DNA from: Anolis carolinensis
Lineage: Eukaryota
Direction: 5' to 3'
DNA: 64,000 nt
NCBI RefSeq assembly: GCF_035594765.1
Contig: NC_085841.1
Location: 184,063,574 to 184,127,573 of the forward strand
Below are positions 12,701 to 25,249 of this stretch, one piece after another. The position numbers and the translations under genes were made by a program. Numbering within the stretch: position 1 is the stretch's first letter; each line of letters opens with the position of its first letter. The notes beneath the pieces are model-generated. The model searched no databases and had not been told where the DNA came from. It saw only the letters and a program-made list of their open reading frames with translations.

Positions 12701-14945
12701 CTCATCCAGGGCGGGGCGCCAGGTGTTCCGGGCGGGCCGGCGCGGGGGAGTGCGCGGAGGGGGCGCAGGGTGGAAGAGAAGCACAGCGGGCAGCGCCCCC
12801 TCCGGCTCCCCCCCGGCCTCCCTGCGCCTCCCCAGCAGAGTCCGGGGCACGCCCTGTCGCCTCAGGGCCCTCTGCTGGGGGGCGGCGCGGGGGCCCGCCT
12901 TCGCCCCGGCGCTCCCGAGGCAGGGCAGCGGCCCCTCCGGCGATGGTCTGGCCAGGAGGGGCTGGAGGCGGCCCTGCCTCTGGGTCCACGCCGGGGGAGG
13001 CCTCTCCCTGCCCTGGCTGCACCCGCCGCTGCCCTCGCCCAGCCCCACGAAGAGCCGCGCCCGGAGGAGGCGCGGGGCGGGCCTGACCTCCCTGGCCTCC
13101 CTCCGGGCCCTCACCGTGCGCTTCGCCTCCGCTTCCGCCTCTTTCTTTGCGCTGAGGGCCCATAGGGGCCGCCTACCAATGTCCCGTCCGCTGTCTTCCA
13201 TATCTGGATGCGAAATGGGGGTCCCGGGCAGGGAGGGGGGCTGGCCACGAGAGGGGATTGTGACGCGATGGGAGGGGGGCTTGTGACGGGAGGGGGTTGT
13301 GTGTAAGGCAGGCCTAAGGTCAATAAAGTTTTATTAGTATTAGTATTATTAAACATCAAATTAGGTTATGATTTTAGAAATGAAGCCCCTGGAAGAGCCG
13401 CGCCCGGAGGAGGCGCGGGGCGGGCCTGGCCTCCCCGGCCTCCTTCCGGGCCCTCACCACCGCGCGCTTGGCCTCCGCCGCCACCTCTGCCTTCGGGCTG
13501 AGGGCCCATAAAGGCCTCCTAGATAGGACACCGCTTTCATGCTCCATGTCTGGATGCGAAATGGGGGTCCCGGGCAGGGCAGTGGCCCCTCCGGTGATGG
13601 TCTGGCCAGGAGGGGCTGGAGGCGGCTCTGCCTCTGGGGCCGTGCCGTGGGAGGCCTCCTCCTGCCCTCGCTGCGCCCGCCACCGCCCTCGTCGTCGCCC
13701 AGCCCCGCAAACAGCCGGGCCCGGAGGAGGCGGGGGGCGGACTTGGCCTCCCCGGACTCCTTCCGGGCCTGCAGCGCCATTCATTTGGCCTCCGCGGCCT
13801 CCTTTTTCTCTGCGCTCAGTTCCCATAAGGGCCTCCTCAACATGACTCCGCTCTTTTCCATTTCTGGATGCGAAATGGGGGTCCCGGGCAGGGAGGGGGG
13901 GGCTGGCCGCGAGAGGGGATTGTGACGGAATGGGAGGGGGGCTTGTGACGGGAGGGGGTTGTGTGTAAGGCAGGCCTGAGGTCAATAAAGTTTTATTAGT
14001 ATTAGTATTATTAAACATCAAATTAGGTTATGATTTTAGAAATGAAGCCCCTGGAAGAGCCGTGCCCGGAGGAGGCGCAGGGCGGGCCTGGCCTCCCCGG
14101 CCTCCTTCCTGGCCCTCACCACCGTGCGCTTGGCCTCCGCCGCCACCTCTGCCTTCGGGCTGAGGGCCCATAAAGGCCTCCTAGATAGGACACCGCTTTC
14201 ATGCTCCATGTCTGGATGTGAAATGGGGGTCCTGGGCAGGGCAGCGGCCCCTCCGGCGATGGTCTGGCCAGGGGGGGCTGGAGGCGGCCCTGCCTCTGGG
14301 GCTGCGCTGGGGGAGGCCTCCTCCTGCCCTCACTGCGCCCACCGCCGCCCTCGTCGTCGCCCAGCCCCGCGAACAGCCGGGCCCGGAGGAGGCGGGGGGC
14401 GGACCTGGCCTCCCCGGACTCCTTCCAGGCCCGCAGCACCATTCGTTTGGCCTCCGCGGCCTCCTTTTTCTCTGCGCTCAGTTCCCATAAGGGCCTCCTC
14501 AACATGACTCCGCTCTTTTCCATTTCTGGATGCGAAATGGGGGTCCCGGGCAGGGAGGGGGGGCTGGCTGTGAGAGGGGATTGTGACGGGATGGGAGGGG
14601 GGCTTGTGACGGGAGGGGGTTGTGTGTAAGGCAGGCCTGAGGTCAATAAAGTTTTATTAGTATTATTATTGTTATTAAACATCAAATTAGGTTATGATTT
14701 TACAAATTAAGCACCAAGCCGCCTCTCTCTCCGGACTGAGGACCCATAGGGGCCGCCTACACAGGACAAGTCCTATATCGTCCATTTCTGGATGCGAAAT
14801 GGGGGTCCCGGGCAGGGAGGGGGGGCTGGCCGCGAGAGGGGATTGTGACAGGAGGGGGTTGTGTGTAAGGCAGGCCTGAGGTCAATAAAGTTTTATTAGT
14901 ATTATTATTGTTACTAAATATCAAATTAGGTTATGATTTTACAAA
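12615..14945 (-). repeat. GC-rich higher-order tandem array (~660-nt units with ~300-nt subunits)
   Basis: AT-rich spacer CAATAAAGTTTTATTAG at about 13321, 13984, 14645 and 14884; TCTGGATG(C/T)GAAATGGGGGTCC six times. Confidence 0.9.
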
Positions 14946-15104
14946 TTAAGCACCAAAACATCATGTGACAGAAAAAGTAGTTCAATATGCAGGAATGCAG
15001 CATAGTAATGGCTGTATTTATGAATTTAGCACCAAAATATCACGATATATAGAAAACATTGACTACAAAATTGGCTTGGATAATCCTGAACCTTGGATAA
15101 ATAA

Positions 15105-15466
15105 ATATAGCTGTTTGGAAGGGCCTTGAGTCTACACTACCATATAATCCAGTTCAAATCTGATAATCTGTATTTTATAGGCAGTGTGGAAGAGGCCTAA
15201 GTGAAACCTAACTCTGCCTGTCCCCTGGGCTGAGTGGGTTGCTAGGAGACCAAGTGGGCAGAGCTTAGCCTTCTAACTGGTAGCAATTGGCTAAAGATAA
15301 TTATTCCTCTCCCTCTAATTAGGACTTTATTTTTCTTTTCTTTTTGTTGTCGGAACCTAGGGGCAAGGATGGTGGATTGTGCTGCCAAATTTCTAGGTTC
15401 TGGGGCTTGTACTTTTGTTGTTTAGTGGGAGGGACGGACACCATTACTCATTTATATATATATAGA
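15105..15466 (-). mobile_element. 5' end of a minus-strand non-autonomous Helitron-like element
   Basis: Reverse complement begins A|TCTATATATATATAAATG, like the other Helitron 5' ends; 3' end not located. Confidence 0.55.
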
Positions 15467-16571
15467 TATGTTAGGGGTGTGCAATTTTTGTTAGTGATCG
15501 TAAATTTTATCCAAAAACTTAAGAATGAAAACTTGTCCAATACCTTTTCATTTGAATTTTGTAAATCTCAGAAGCCTCCCAAAGTCAGTTTCATTTTCAG
15601 TGCAAGGAAGTGAAGCAAAGCCAAAAAGGCTGCCTTTCCTGTTTAAATGAATGGCCTCATGCCATTAGAAGAAGGAAGCAGCAGGGAGAAAATGGAGTTT
15701 ATTGGGGAAGAGACTGAGAAAGCACAGAATTCTGGGAAATGTAGTTTGGGAAGGCAAGGAGCCCTATGCCTGAGAATTAAAAAGGACCTGCCATAAACTA
15801 CATTTCCCAGAATTCTGCTCAGCAACAGAAAGCCCCAATCAGGATAGGAGAGACATTTGTTCCTCCATAGCAGCAGTCAACCAGAGTTCCAATAATTAAT
15901 TGAATCTGTAAAGAGGAGAACTGACTCATACTTCTAGTAAGTAAATCTCAGTGCTGGGCTGGGAAGAAACCCCTAAATGGAAGTTCTATTGGTTAATATG
16001 AGAGACATTCAGTAAGATAACTCTTGTGGGTTTTAAAAAAAGTTTTTGTCAAAACCTTAAAAACTCCCAAAAATCAGTAGGTGTATGAATATTTCTGAAA
16101 GTTGGGAGGAATTATCCAGTTTTCTTGTGTCATTGTATAGAAAATTCAAGGAGATTGCTATTGTGAGTTTTTTTAAATGTTGTTTATAAAAACCTTGAAA
16201 ATTCTCCCAAAATCCATGGATACGTGAAATATTCTGAAACTTTATGTGCTAACAGTGCTGAATGTATTCTACCATTGTAGCAAGTTTCACCCTAATAGCT
16301 GTAAAAACGAGGGAGAAAGGAGCCCCGGAAATTTCCCCACCTGGCAATTACTATAACAAAAAAAATAACAAAATTGTGTTACTTTTGTTATAATAATGAA
16401 ATTTTTGCTAATGATACTTTAGAAATGAAATGCCAGTGCCCCCTAATTTTGTAATGACTTTTGAAATTTTTTAATTGATTGCACAGACCTAATGTATATC
16501 CAGAGTCAACAGAAGGTAGCAGGATTTGCATGTATATGCTCGGAGCAGGATTTTAATGACAATAGGTTTTA

Positions 16572-17022
16572 CAGTAGAGTCTCGCTCATCCAACATAAAC
16601 GGGCCGGCAGAACTTTGGGTAAGCAGAAATGTTGGATAATAAGGAGGTATTAAGGAAAAGCCTATTAAATATCAAATTACGTTATGATTTTAAAAATTAA
16701 GCACCAAAACATCATGTTTTACAACAAATTGACAGAAAAAGCAGTTCAGTACACAGTAACATTATGTAGTAATTACTGTATGTACAAATTTAGCACCAAA
16801 ACATTGTAATGTATTAAAAACATTGACTACAAAAACATTGACTACTAACAGATTAAGTACAAATAAAGATAAAATTGCATAAAATGAATTTACAGTTACC
16901 ACACTGTCTGAAGTTAAATCCGTAAAAGGTTCAGTCCTTTCTGCCTAGAGAAAGAGCTGTGGATCTGGGCGGGAGGCAGACTGCATTGGATAAGCGAAGG
17001 TTGGATAAGCGAGACTCTACTG
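16572..17022. mobile_element. Tc1/mariner-pogo-type MITE (related copies about 40208-40515, 40783-41123, 61272-61571)
   Basis: TIR CAGTAGAGTCTC(G/A)CT, TA TSD. Confidence 0.85.
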
Positions 17023-17052
17023 TACTTAAGAATATTATCAAAATAGGCATAC

Positions 17053-17122
17053 CTGGTCTGCTTTCATACAGTTCCACTACAAAACCTCTTTTCGCAAAGA
17101 AGCAAGCATTTAAAGAACCTAC
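17053..17122 (-). CDS. KMO: KMO exon 2 ([23 protein letters not shown])
   Basis: AG/GT boundaries, 70 nt, in frame with exons 1 and 3. Confidence 0.95.
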
Positions 17123-17330
17123 CTGCAAACAAAAGAATTATACACAGTCTTAAAAATTATGGTTTGGGAGACGCCTCCTAATTTGGTAATGTACAATGTG
17201 TCTTAAAACCTTTTCAAGGAGGGGCAGTTCAAAAAATATCACCAGACAAAAAGACTTCCATGAGAATATTTATCTTCCCCTGAATGTAAACTTAACACCA
17301 GGGCATTGGACAAGAGACACCAAAGCAGTA

Positions 17331-18001
17331 CAGTGTTCCCCCGCTATTTCGCGGTTCGCTTTTTGAGGACTCGCTGTTTTGCGGGTTTTCTCAGACGCGG
17401 GCGCTGGCTGAGGGGTGCAGCCTGTCCTGGCCTATTCTCCTCATTCTCCCACAGGCAGGGCCAGTAGGCCTGTCCTGCACCTCAAAAACCACCACAAAGG
17501 AGGGCCTGGCTTCGAGGGCCCTCACCAGTCAAGCGGCAGGCCTATTTCCTCCCCTGCCCCGACTGGATCCCTGAGGGCCACATTCTGGACGGCGTCACCT
17601 CACATGGTGCTGTCCCTGCCGCCGCCACCACCGCTCCGCCCACGCCCGCCACCCCGCCGCTGCTCTGTATGCATGTGCCCCAGAGCGTTAGTGGCGGCAG
17701 CAGGGTGTGCATGCATGGAGCAGTGGTGGTGGGGAATGCACGCGTGGGGTAGCAGCAGCGGTAGTGGGGTGAATGTGGAGCGTTGGCGGCGGCAGCACTC
17801 TGCTTCCAAGCCCATGCACAACGCCCTCCGCAGCTTGATGGCCATGGCTTAATACAGTACATACTCTACATTTTAAAAAGGAGAGAAGGAGGGGGGAGGC
17901 TATACAGTATTTATTAAAATAAATGAGTACCTACTTTGTGGATTTTCTCTTATCACGGGTGGTCCTAGAACAGAACACCCGCGCTAAGTGAGGGAATACT
18001 G
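17331..18001. mobile_element. Tigger/pogo-like MITE with GC-rich interior
   Basis: TA|CAGTGTTCCC...GGGAATACTG|TA. Confidence 0.8.
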
Positions 18002-18293
18002 TATTTCTATACTTTTAAGGGATGTAGACTTCTCAAAGTGTAATGCAGGAAAAGGCAGGCTTTGTGTCACTTTACCAAAAACCGTAGTATTATAAGGGTT
18101 GATGCCACCCAGTGTAGTAACTCATGGTCAGTCTCCTGTACCAGCCGAGACCACAATATCATAGCTAAATTTTGACAGAACCAACAATTATAAATTAACA
18201 GCAATAGAAACAACAGTGTGTACTTGCAGCACATGCAGATAAAACGATGTATTTCAAAACATTCTTATAATAATGGGTTCTAACTGGAGCACA

Positions 18294-18880
18294 TAGAATC
18301 ATAGAGTTTGAAGAGACCTCATGGGCCATCCAGTCCAACCCCCTGCAAAGAAGCAGGAAAATCGCATTCAAAGCACTCCCGACAGATGGCCATCCGGCCT
18401 CTGCTTAAAAGCCTCCAAAGAAGGAGCCTCCGCCACACTCTGGGGCAAAGAGTTCCACTGCTGAACAGCTCTCACAGTGAGGAAGTTCTTCCTAATATTA
18501 AGGTGGGATCTTCTTTCCTGTAGTTTGAAGCCGTTATTTTGCGTCCTAGTCTCCAAGGCAGCAGAAAACAAGCCTGCTACCTCCTCCCTATGACTTTCTC
18601 TCATTTATACATGGCTCTCGTCTCCTCTCAGGCTTCTCTTCTGCAGGGTAAACATGCCCAGCTCCTCATAGGGCTTGTTCTCCAGACCCTTGATCGTTTT
18701 AGTCACTCTCCTCTGGACACATTCCAGCTTGTCAAAATCTCCCTTCAACTGTGGTGCCCAGAATTGGACTCAGTGTGATTCCAGGTGTGGTCTAACCAAG
18801 GCAGAATAGATGGGGAGCATGACTTCCCTGGATCTAGACACTAGACTCCTATTTATGCCGGCCAAAATCCCATTGGCTTT
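18294..18880 (-). mobile_element. CR1 LINE 3' fragment
   Basis: Same CR1 ORF2 C-terminus and tail. Confidence 0.9.
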
Positions 18881-19222
18881 TAAAGCTTTTTTAATGTACA
18901 TGCTTTTTAGCATGTACATTAAAAGGTCCAAAAGTTAAATTAGCGTAGAGTTTTAGTCTTATAGGGATATTGATACAACACCTGCAAACTTAACATACAA
19001 AAAATCTGGTTGTATCTAACTACAGAGATAATTTAAATAAAAATCACAATACATTTCTGTTGAAACACTGCACAAAAATGTACATACAATCATTTTGATG
19101 TCACCCCTCTGATGACGTCATCCAGTGCAGATTGCACCCCACCCCGTCACCCCAGTGCTACACTGATTGAAAACCAGTAATCTGACCTTTTAGCTCCCAA
19201 ATCCAGTTACAAAGTTTCTTAC

Positions 19223-19276
19223 CAATCCTCCTCCGATAATAGCTACTTTTTTCCTCTGTGTATCAGATGGATTCAT
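19223..19276 (-). CDS. KMO: KMO coding exon 1 (MNPSDTQRKKVAIIGGGL)
   Basis: ATG at 19276; start of the FAD-binding GxGxxG motif; GTAAG donor; 54 nt, resembles the human KMO N-terminus. Confidence 0.95.
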
Positions 19277-19384
19277 GACTGGGCTTCTGCTTACTCTTAA
19301 GGACAAAGAGTCTGTCTACAAGTTTCCAGTAGCAAGTACGTATCTGGACTCTCAGTTCATTATGCTCACCGCCCTCCCGCTCAG

Positions 19385-19397
19385 GTTATTCATTAAC
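19385..19397 (-). promoter_or_regulatory. Candidate HNF1 site in the KMO proximal promoter
   Basis: GTTAATGAATAAC on the minus strand, one mismatch to GTTAATNATTAAC, about 110 nt upstream of the KMO ATG. Confidence 0.5.
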
Positions 19398-20094
19398 CGG
19401 AATAACTGGGACAGCTGGAACAACAATTTAATATGTAATCAACTAGGTATTTCTATAGGTGACACACAAAAGAATGGAAGCTATCCTGGAAAAGAAGAGC
19501 CAATGGGAGCCAGTTGAGATTCTTAATTTCTGCCCTTGCAACACATTAGATAAGAATACTCTGCCACCGCTTTCCCAATTCAAAATGTCAGCATCCTGGT
19601 AGGTCAGTCCATCCCATGGATTAGGAGGAAGAGGATCTTCAGTGTAAACATGCAGTGTGTTGCAAATGGGGATTCTCTGTATTCTTGTGTCAATGTTGGA
19701 TGGAAATAACCGTCGTAGCACATGATGTTTCTGATTCTATGGTTGTGTTGCCTAATGGGAGATTTTGTCTGCAATTATCATGTTATGCATTAACTCCTCA
19801 TTTGGTTAACTTTTTTGAGAACCTAAGAGTAAAACTACATATCGAATTACATTTTTAGCATGGAGGTGAATTCCCTTTCTTTTATAAGTTAGTATAAAAT
19901 AGAATCACTGGATGCGACTTCTAATTTCCCTCTCCACCTAGCTGCCCTCCCTCAATTCACTTCCCTCTTGATACAAGAGCTAAAAAAAAAACCTCTATTA
20001 CTGTAATTGGAGAGATATGTGTGTGTGTTTGTGTTGTTCATGTGGTACAGGGTGGAGATTGAGAAAAAAAGTGGCCAGAAGGTCTTCCTTACGC

Positions 20095-20410
20095 ACAGGT
20101 AAAGGTTTTCCCTTGACATTAAGTCTAGTCGTGTCCGACTCTACGGGTTGATGCTCATCTCCATTTCTAAGCTGAAGAGCTGGTGTTGTCTGTAGACACC
20201 CCTTAGCTCATGTGGCCAGCATGACTGCATAGAGCACCGTTACCTTCCCATAGAAGTAGTACCTATTGATCTACTCACATTTTGAACTGCTAGGTTGGCA
20301 GAAACTGGGCCTAACAGCGGGTGCTCACTCTGCTTCCTGGATTTGAATCACCAACCTTTCGGTCAGCAAGTTCAGCAGCTCAGTGGTTTAACCCACTGCA
20401 CCACTAGGGA
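20095..20410 (-). mobile_element. Sauria SINE
   Basis: Reverse-complement homology to 63680-63993, including the ACCTTT tail. Confidence 0.8.
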
Positions 20411-20971
20411 TCCTGCATGCTGTATTCCTAATGTAGACCAGCCCTTCCGTGCATACTTACCAGGAAATAACCAAACAGAGGCTCAACTGCACATGTCTTA
20501 ACATGGTGTGTCATTTTTGAGAGCCTACATGGTGTTGTGGTTTCAGTGCTGACCTACGACTCTGGGGACCAGGGTTCAAATCCCTGTTCAGTCATGGAAA
20601 CCCACTTGGTGACCTTGGGCAAGTCACACTCTCTTAGCCTTGGAGGAAAGCAATGGGAAATGTGTGCAGGGGGAGCTTTGTGACAGACAAAATTGTGAAG
20701 GTGAACCTAAAAAAAATGGTGTGACTAGCATTTTAACTTTGTGTATCTTCTTTTTTAATTGTGTTTATTGCTTTTCTTTAATGATTTTGTACCCTGCTTT
20801 GAGCCTCAAGAAGTGGGTAACAAATGTTTATTGTTATTACAACATTCATATCTCATCACCATCTCTACCTTGCCATATAATCCAGATTATCAAAGCAGAT
20901 AATCCAGATTATTTGCTTTGAACTGGATTATCTGAGTCTGCACTGCCATATAACCCACTTCAAAGCAGATA

Positions 20972-21367
20972 CCGTATATACTCGAGTATAAGCCGACCCA
21001 AATATAAGCCGAGGCACCTAATTTTACTACAAAAACTGGAAAAACTTATTGACTCAAGTATAAGACGAGGGTGGGAAATGCAGCAGCTATGGGTCAATTT
21101 CAAAAATAAAAATAGATATTAATAAAATTGCATTATTTGAGGCATCAGGAGGTAAAATGTTTTTGAATATTTATATAAAACTGTAATTTAAGATAATAAT
21201 AAGACTTTAATAAGATAAGACTATCCAACTCTGAATACCTCTATACTCAAGTATAAGCCGACCTGAATAGAAGCCAGCCAGGACCCTCATTCAAGTATAA
21301 GCCAAGGGGAGCTTTTTCAGCCCTAAAAAAGGGCTGAAAAACTAGGCTTATACTCGAGTATATACAG
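20972..21367. mobile_element. Tc1/mariner-type MITE nested in a Harbinger-like MITE
   Basis: TIR C(C/T)GTATATACTCGAGTATAAGCC, TA TSD. Confidence 0.8.
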
Positions 21368-23332
21368 TAATTGGATTTTATATGGCAATGTAGAAGGGGC
21401 CTCAGATGAGAATGAGGACCATTTTGCTTCAGTAGACGTGATTTGAAAACAGAACAAAGGCTCCGAGTGTGATGTTGCAACTTATAACTATAGGTTTATT
21501 CTATCTGCCAGCACCCTGCAGCATTCAGTACAGAAAGGAGTAAAAAGTTGCAGGTGCAAAAAGGTTTGTTTTTGTACCTGAACCCAGTCCACATTCTTTC
21601 CCAGTCTCCAGAGGGTGGACACAAATAGACAGCAGATAGCTTCAAATACATCCGGTAATAGTTTATTAAAATTCCCATCAGACTACTTGGCTAATCCACA
21701 GCTGAGATTCACAGGCCTTTAAATCTTTGGCCAATCAGTAGCCAGGGATGAACAAACCCCTTCACCCAATGATGCCGCGGATCCTAGAAGTTTAACAGTC
21801 ACCTCTGTTTGTCATGTTACCCAATGTGTATGCTTTTCTATACAATGGCCATGCTTGTACCTTTAGAGCATGCAGGATTTGGGAACTGTTTGCCTCCAAT
21901 GTCCATCTGAAAAGAGCTGAATAAATAGATTTCTGTTCCTGCCTTCAACTCCTGCTTATTTCATTGGATCAGATTGGGAGTTAAAGCACACTGGGCAACA
22001 GGAATTGGGTCCTATGAGCCCTGTGGCCCCCACAATCCATGAATGCTCAAATCCCTTTATACACAATTATTTGCTTTTCAAAAAAAATTTAAAAAATATT
22101 TTCAACCATAGATTGTTGAACCCGTGGATAAGAAAGACTGACTAATGTCTCTTCTCTGTATCTGTACAGGGAGTGCACATGAACACATACTGTGCTGGCA
22201 TAACAGCAGTTTCATCCTTCGTTGTAACTAATGTCTAGACTGGCTGCAATCTTATGCAATTTATGTGTGATCTAAGTTCCATTGAATTAAGTAGGATTAC
22301 ATCCAAGTAAATATGTAAAGGATGAAACTATCGGTTATCACTGTTGTGAAATGAAATATCAGATGAGGACATTCCAGTCATAATTCAGCCATGTAATTGG
22401 TGTCCCTTTGTTGGCCACCTATAAGAGAAATCAGCATGAGTACTAGCATAGTTGAACAAAGTAATAACGAGTTCTGAAACATCAGACACAAGTAAAATAG
22501 CAAAGACAGTAGTGAGGTGTAGTGGTTTGAGTGTTGAACTATGACTCTGGAGATCAGGATTAAAATTTCTACTCAGCCATGAAACTCAACTCAATCATCT
22601 TGAACAAGTCACACTCTCTCAGCTTTAGCGGAAGGCACTGGCAAATCTTGCCAAGAAAACTCTGTGTGTTAGGAACCTATTCAGTACTACAACTAGAGCT
22701 TGCAGGCAAAGATTTTCACAGATAAATGCACTGCCCTTTCTTCCATAATTGTCTTCATTCCTGCAATCTAACTGAGAAGAAAAGGGGCCTTTTGTTGTCA
22801 AGATTCCTAAAACACTGGAAGTAAAAAACAACAACACCCCATTGCAATTACTTTTGAGAACTGACATGAAATCCTGAACCACTTTTCATTCATTCCTGCT
22901 CTCCTAGAGAAAGCTCAGTAGTTCAAGGGCATGGGCTGAATGATCTGATACCTTAGGTAAGGAAGAGATACCAGAAATGGCAGATGCTTCCTGTTCTTCC
23001 TCCCAAACAAGTATCTCAGGCCTGCATAGTTTTAGATCAAGGGGTTTTCCATCTTTTCATATTGGATCAAACTTGATATGTCTAGTATGTTTTTGGAAGA
23101 GGTGCTCCCTCAAGTGGTAAAAGATGTCACCTTGCTTAGTCATTAATCATAGAGTTGGAAGAGATCACATGGTCATCTTGTTCATTCCCCTGCCATGCAG
23201 GAGAAAGCACAATCAAAGCATCCGCAACACTTGGTCATCCAGCTTCTGTTGAAAAGTAGGAGTACAAGGGTCAGTTTGACACAGAGAAAGCTTATGCACT
23301 ATGTACCTTTGCTTATCTGATGCTGTGGAAGT

Positions 23333-23375
23333 CTACAAACCTTGGGGTAATCCAAGCATTCCATGGGCTGGCATG
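23333..23375 (-). CDS. C21orf58: C21orf58-like last coding exon (SMPAHGMLGLPQGL*)
   Basis: T-rich acceptor (ttttttcaag), phase matches exon 7, TAG stop; total CDS 876 nt. Confidence 0.6.
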
Positions 23376-23772
23376 CTTGAAAAAAAGAACATGTAAATTA
23401 GAAATGTGCATTTATAGTAAGGAATTCATTTTATCCCTGCAATGCATACATGTTTTTCCTTACACTAGGCACTTATATGCTCTGAAGATTGCAGTAACTG
23501 ATATATAATTCTCAAAGTGATAACAGTGGCTTTCCAGAAAAGTTGAGATCTCAGCTGACACCTAGAATTTGTGTAGCCACTTGAACCAAACTGGCCAGAA
23601 TGAAAGTTTCATTACTTCCTTAATATTAGAAATATGATTTCTGTCATTAATTTTATGTACTCTATTTTGGTTCTACTGTTGACAGCAATGTTCAACAAAA
23701 ACTAAGTGGAAAAAAGTATCAAAAAGGCATGCAAATCAAAGCAATAACTTCAGTGTGGCATTATTGGCTTAC

Positions 23773-23981
23773 CTTTGTATAGTATTAATTGGAATGGGAA
23801 AAGTATGGACATCAGATGAGAATCCTCCTAGTTGGGTACCAAAGCCAGGTTGCATGACCGGAGGCCACATGGAAAAGCCAGCCTGAGATGGAATAGCTGC
23901 TATCCCAGGAGTAGAGTAGTGATGATGATGTACAGTTGATGGCCGTGGCTTCTCTGCTCTTACCAAAACAGGGGCAGCAAG
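23773..23981 (-). CDS. C21orf58: C21orf58-like exon 7 (LAAPVLVRAEKPRPSTVHHHHY...WPP...INTIQ)
   Basis: His run and WPP as in the human C-terminus; TAG acceptor, GTAAG donor. Confidence 0.85.
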
Positions 23982-24389
23982 CTACGTATGGTTTGGAAAG
24001 AAGGGCATATGTATTGTTGAGCATTACTATCTTACAGGGCAGGAAAGGTGAGTTCTAGACAGGCATTAGGTTTACTGTGTAGTTGCTTAACTACCTTGCT
24101 ATCTGTATTTCAGGGTTACAAACAATTTTACCTTAATTCCTAATGTTAAAAAACCCTCAAAAACATATTTCTTATTGCAAGATCTGAAGTATGTTTTTTT
24201 TTCTCTTATGTTTTATTCTTGAAAATCCTAGCAAATGTAGGCACTTTCTAAGCCCCCCTTCTACACTGCCATATAATCCATTTCAAAGGAGATAATCTGG
24301 ATTTTATATGGCAGTGTAGAAAGGGCAATCACAGTGTTCACCTGGATAGGCAGGCTATTAATAACTCAAAATTTTCTCACTGGTACAGA

Positions 24390-25083
24390 CTGTACAAACT
24401 TGACCATGAGAGGGCTATCTACCTGACTAGGCTCACATTTCCAAAACTTAGGCAAGCCTTCACAGCCCTTCGTTTCCAAAGTATGCCCACAGCTGTGATT
24501 GATGGTAGATATACAGGCATCCCTCTGGCTCTTCGTTTAAGTGTGTGTGGGGCCCCAGAAATTGAGGATTTGCTTCACTATTTGTTTTCCTGCCCTCTGT
24601 ATTCTGAGCCAAGAACTAAAATTCTGGGACCTATTCTTTATTCCCTCCTAATGAATACGGTGTCAGAAATGATTTTCTACCTTCTGTCCGACATTAACCC
24701 TGCAGTTACTCATAAGGTGGCCCTTTTTGCCCTGGCAGCTCAGAAAATCCGGGCAAAACTGATCTCCGATGTCGCGGTCAACTGTGCTGGGGATGCTTTT
24801 AACTAATAGTGGTTTTTTATATCCAAGGTGTTCACTACTTGGGTTTTAATAATGCTGTACTTACTTGGTTTTATCTTGTTTTTAATTATGTTGGTGCTAA
24901 TCCATGACATATGTAGTATTTGAAGGGCATATCCTGAGATTGATATTTGCAGCATTTTAATGTTTTAATGATTTATATAGGGTTTTAATGGCATGTTTTA
25001 TATTGTATTTGATGATCTGGCTTTTGTGTATTTGTTTGTTTGTCTTGCATGCGAAAGACCTTTGGTCTAAGCATTAAATAAAT
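24390..25083 (+). mobile_element. RTEX-like LINE 3' fragment
   Basis: LRQAFTALRF...GRYTGIP...EDLLHYLFSCPLYSEPR C-terminal Cys/His motif; TAAA tail. Confidence 0.65.
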
Positions 25084-25249
25084 TTGGCACTAGTTTGGCT
25101 TTGAACTTTCCAAGTATCAAAATCTATATACTGTATAGCACAGAAGCTACTTTGTTGTAGCTTGCATGGTTTCAATCTGTTAGCAGCAAGATGACTTTGC
25201 TTTATTGATACTGTCAAGCCAATTAATATAGGGCCATTGTTATAGTTGG

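Noticed and set aside
17415-17862. GC-rich ORFs in KMO intron 1
   Set aside because: Interior of a TIR-bounded MITE; low-complexity ORFs on both strands
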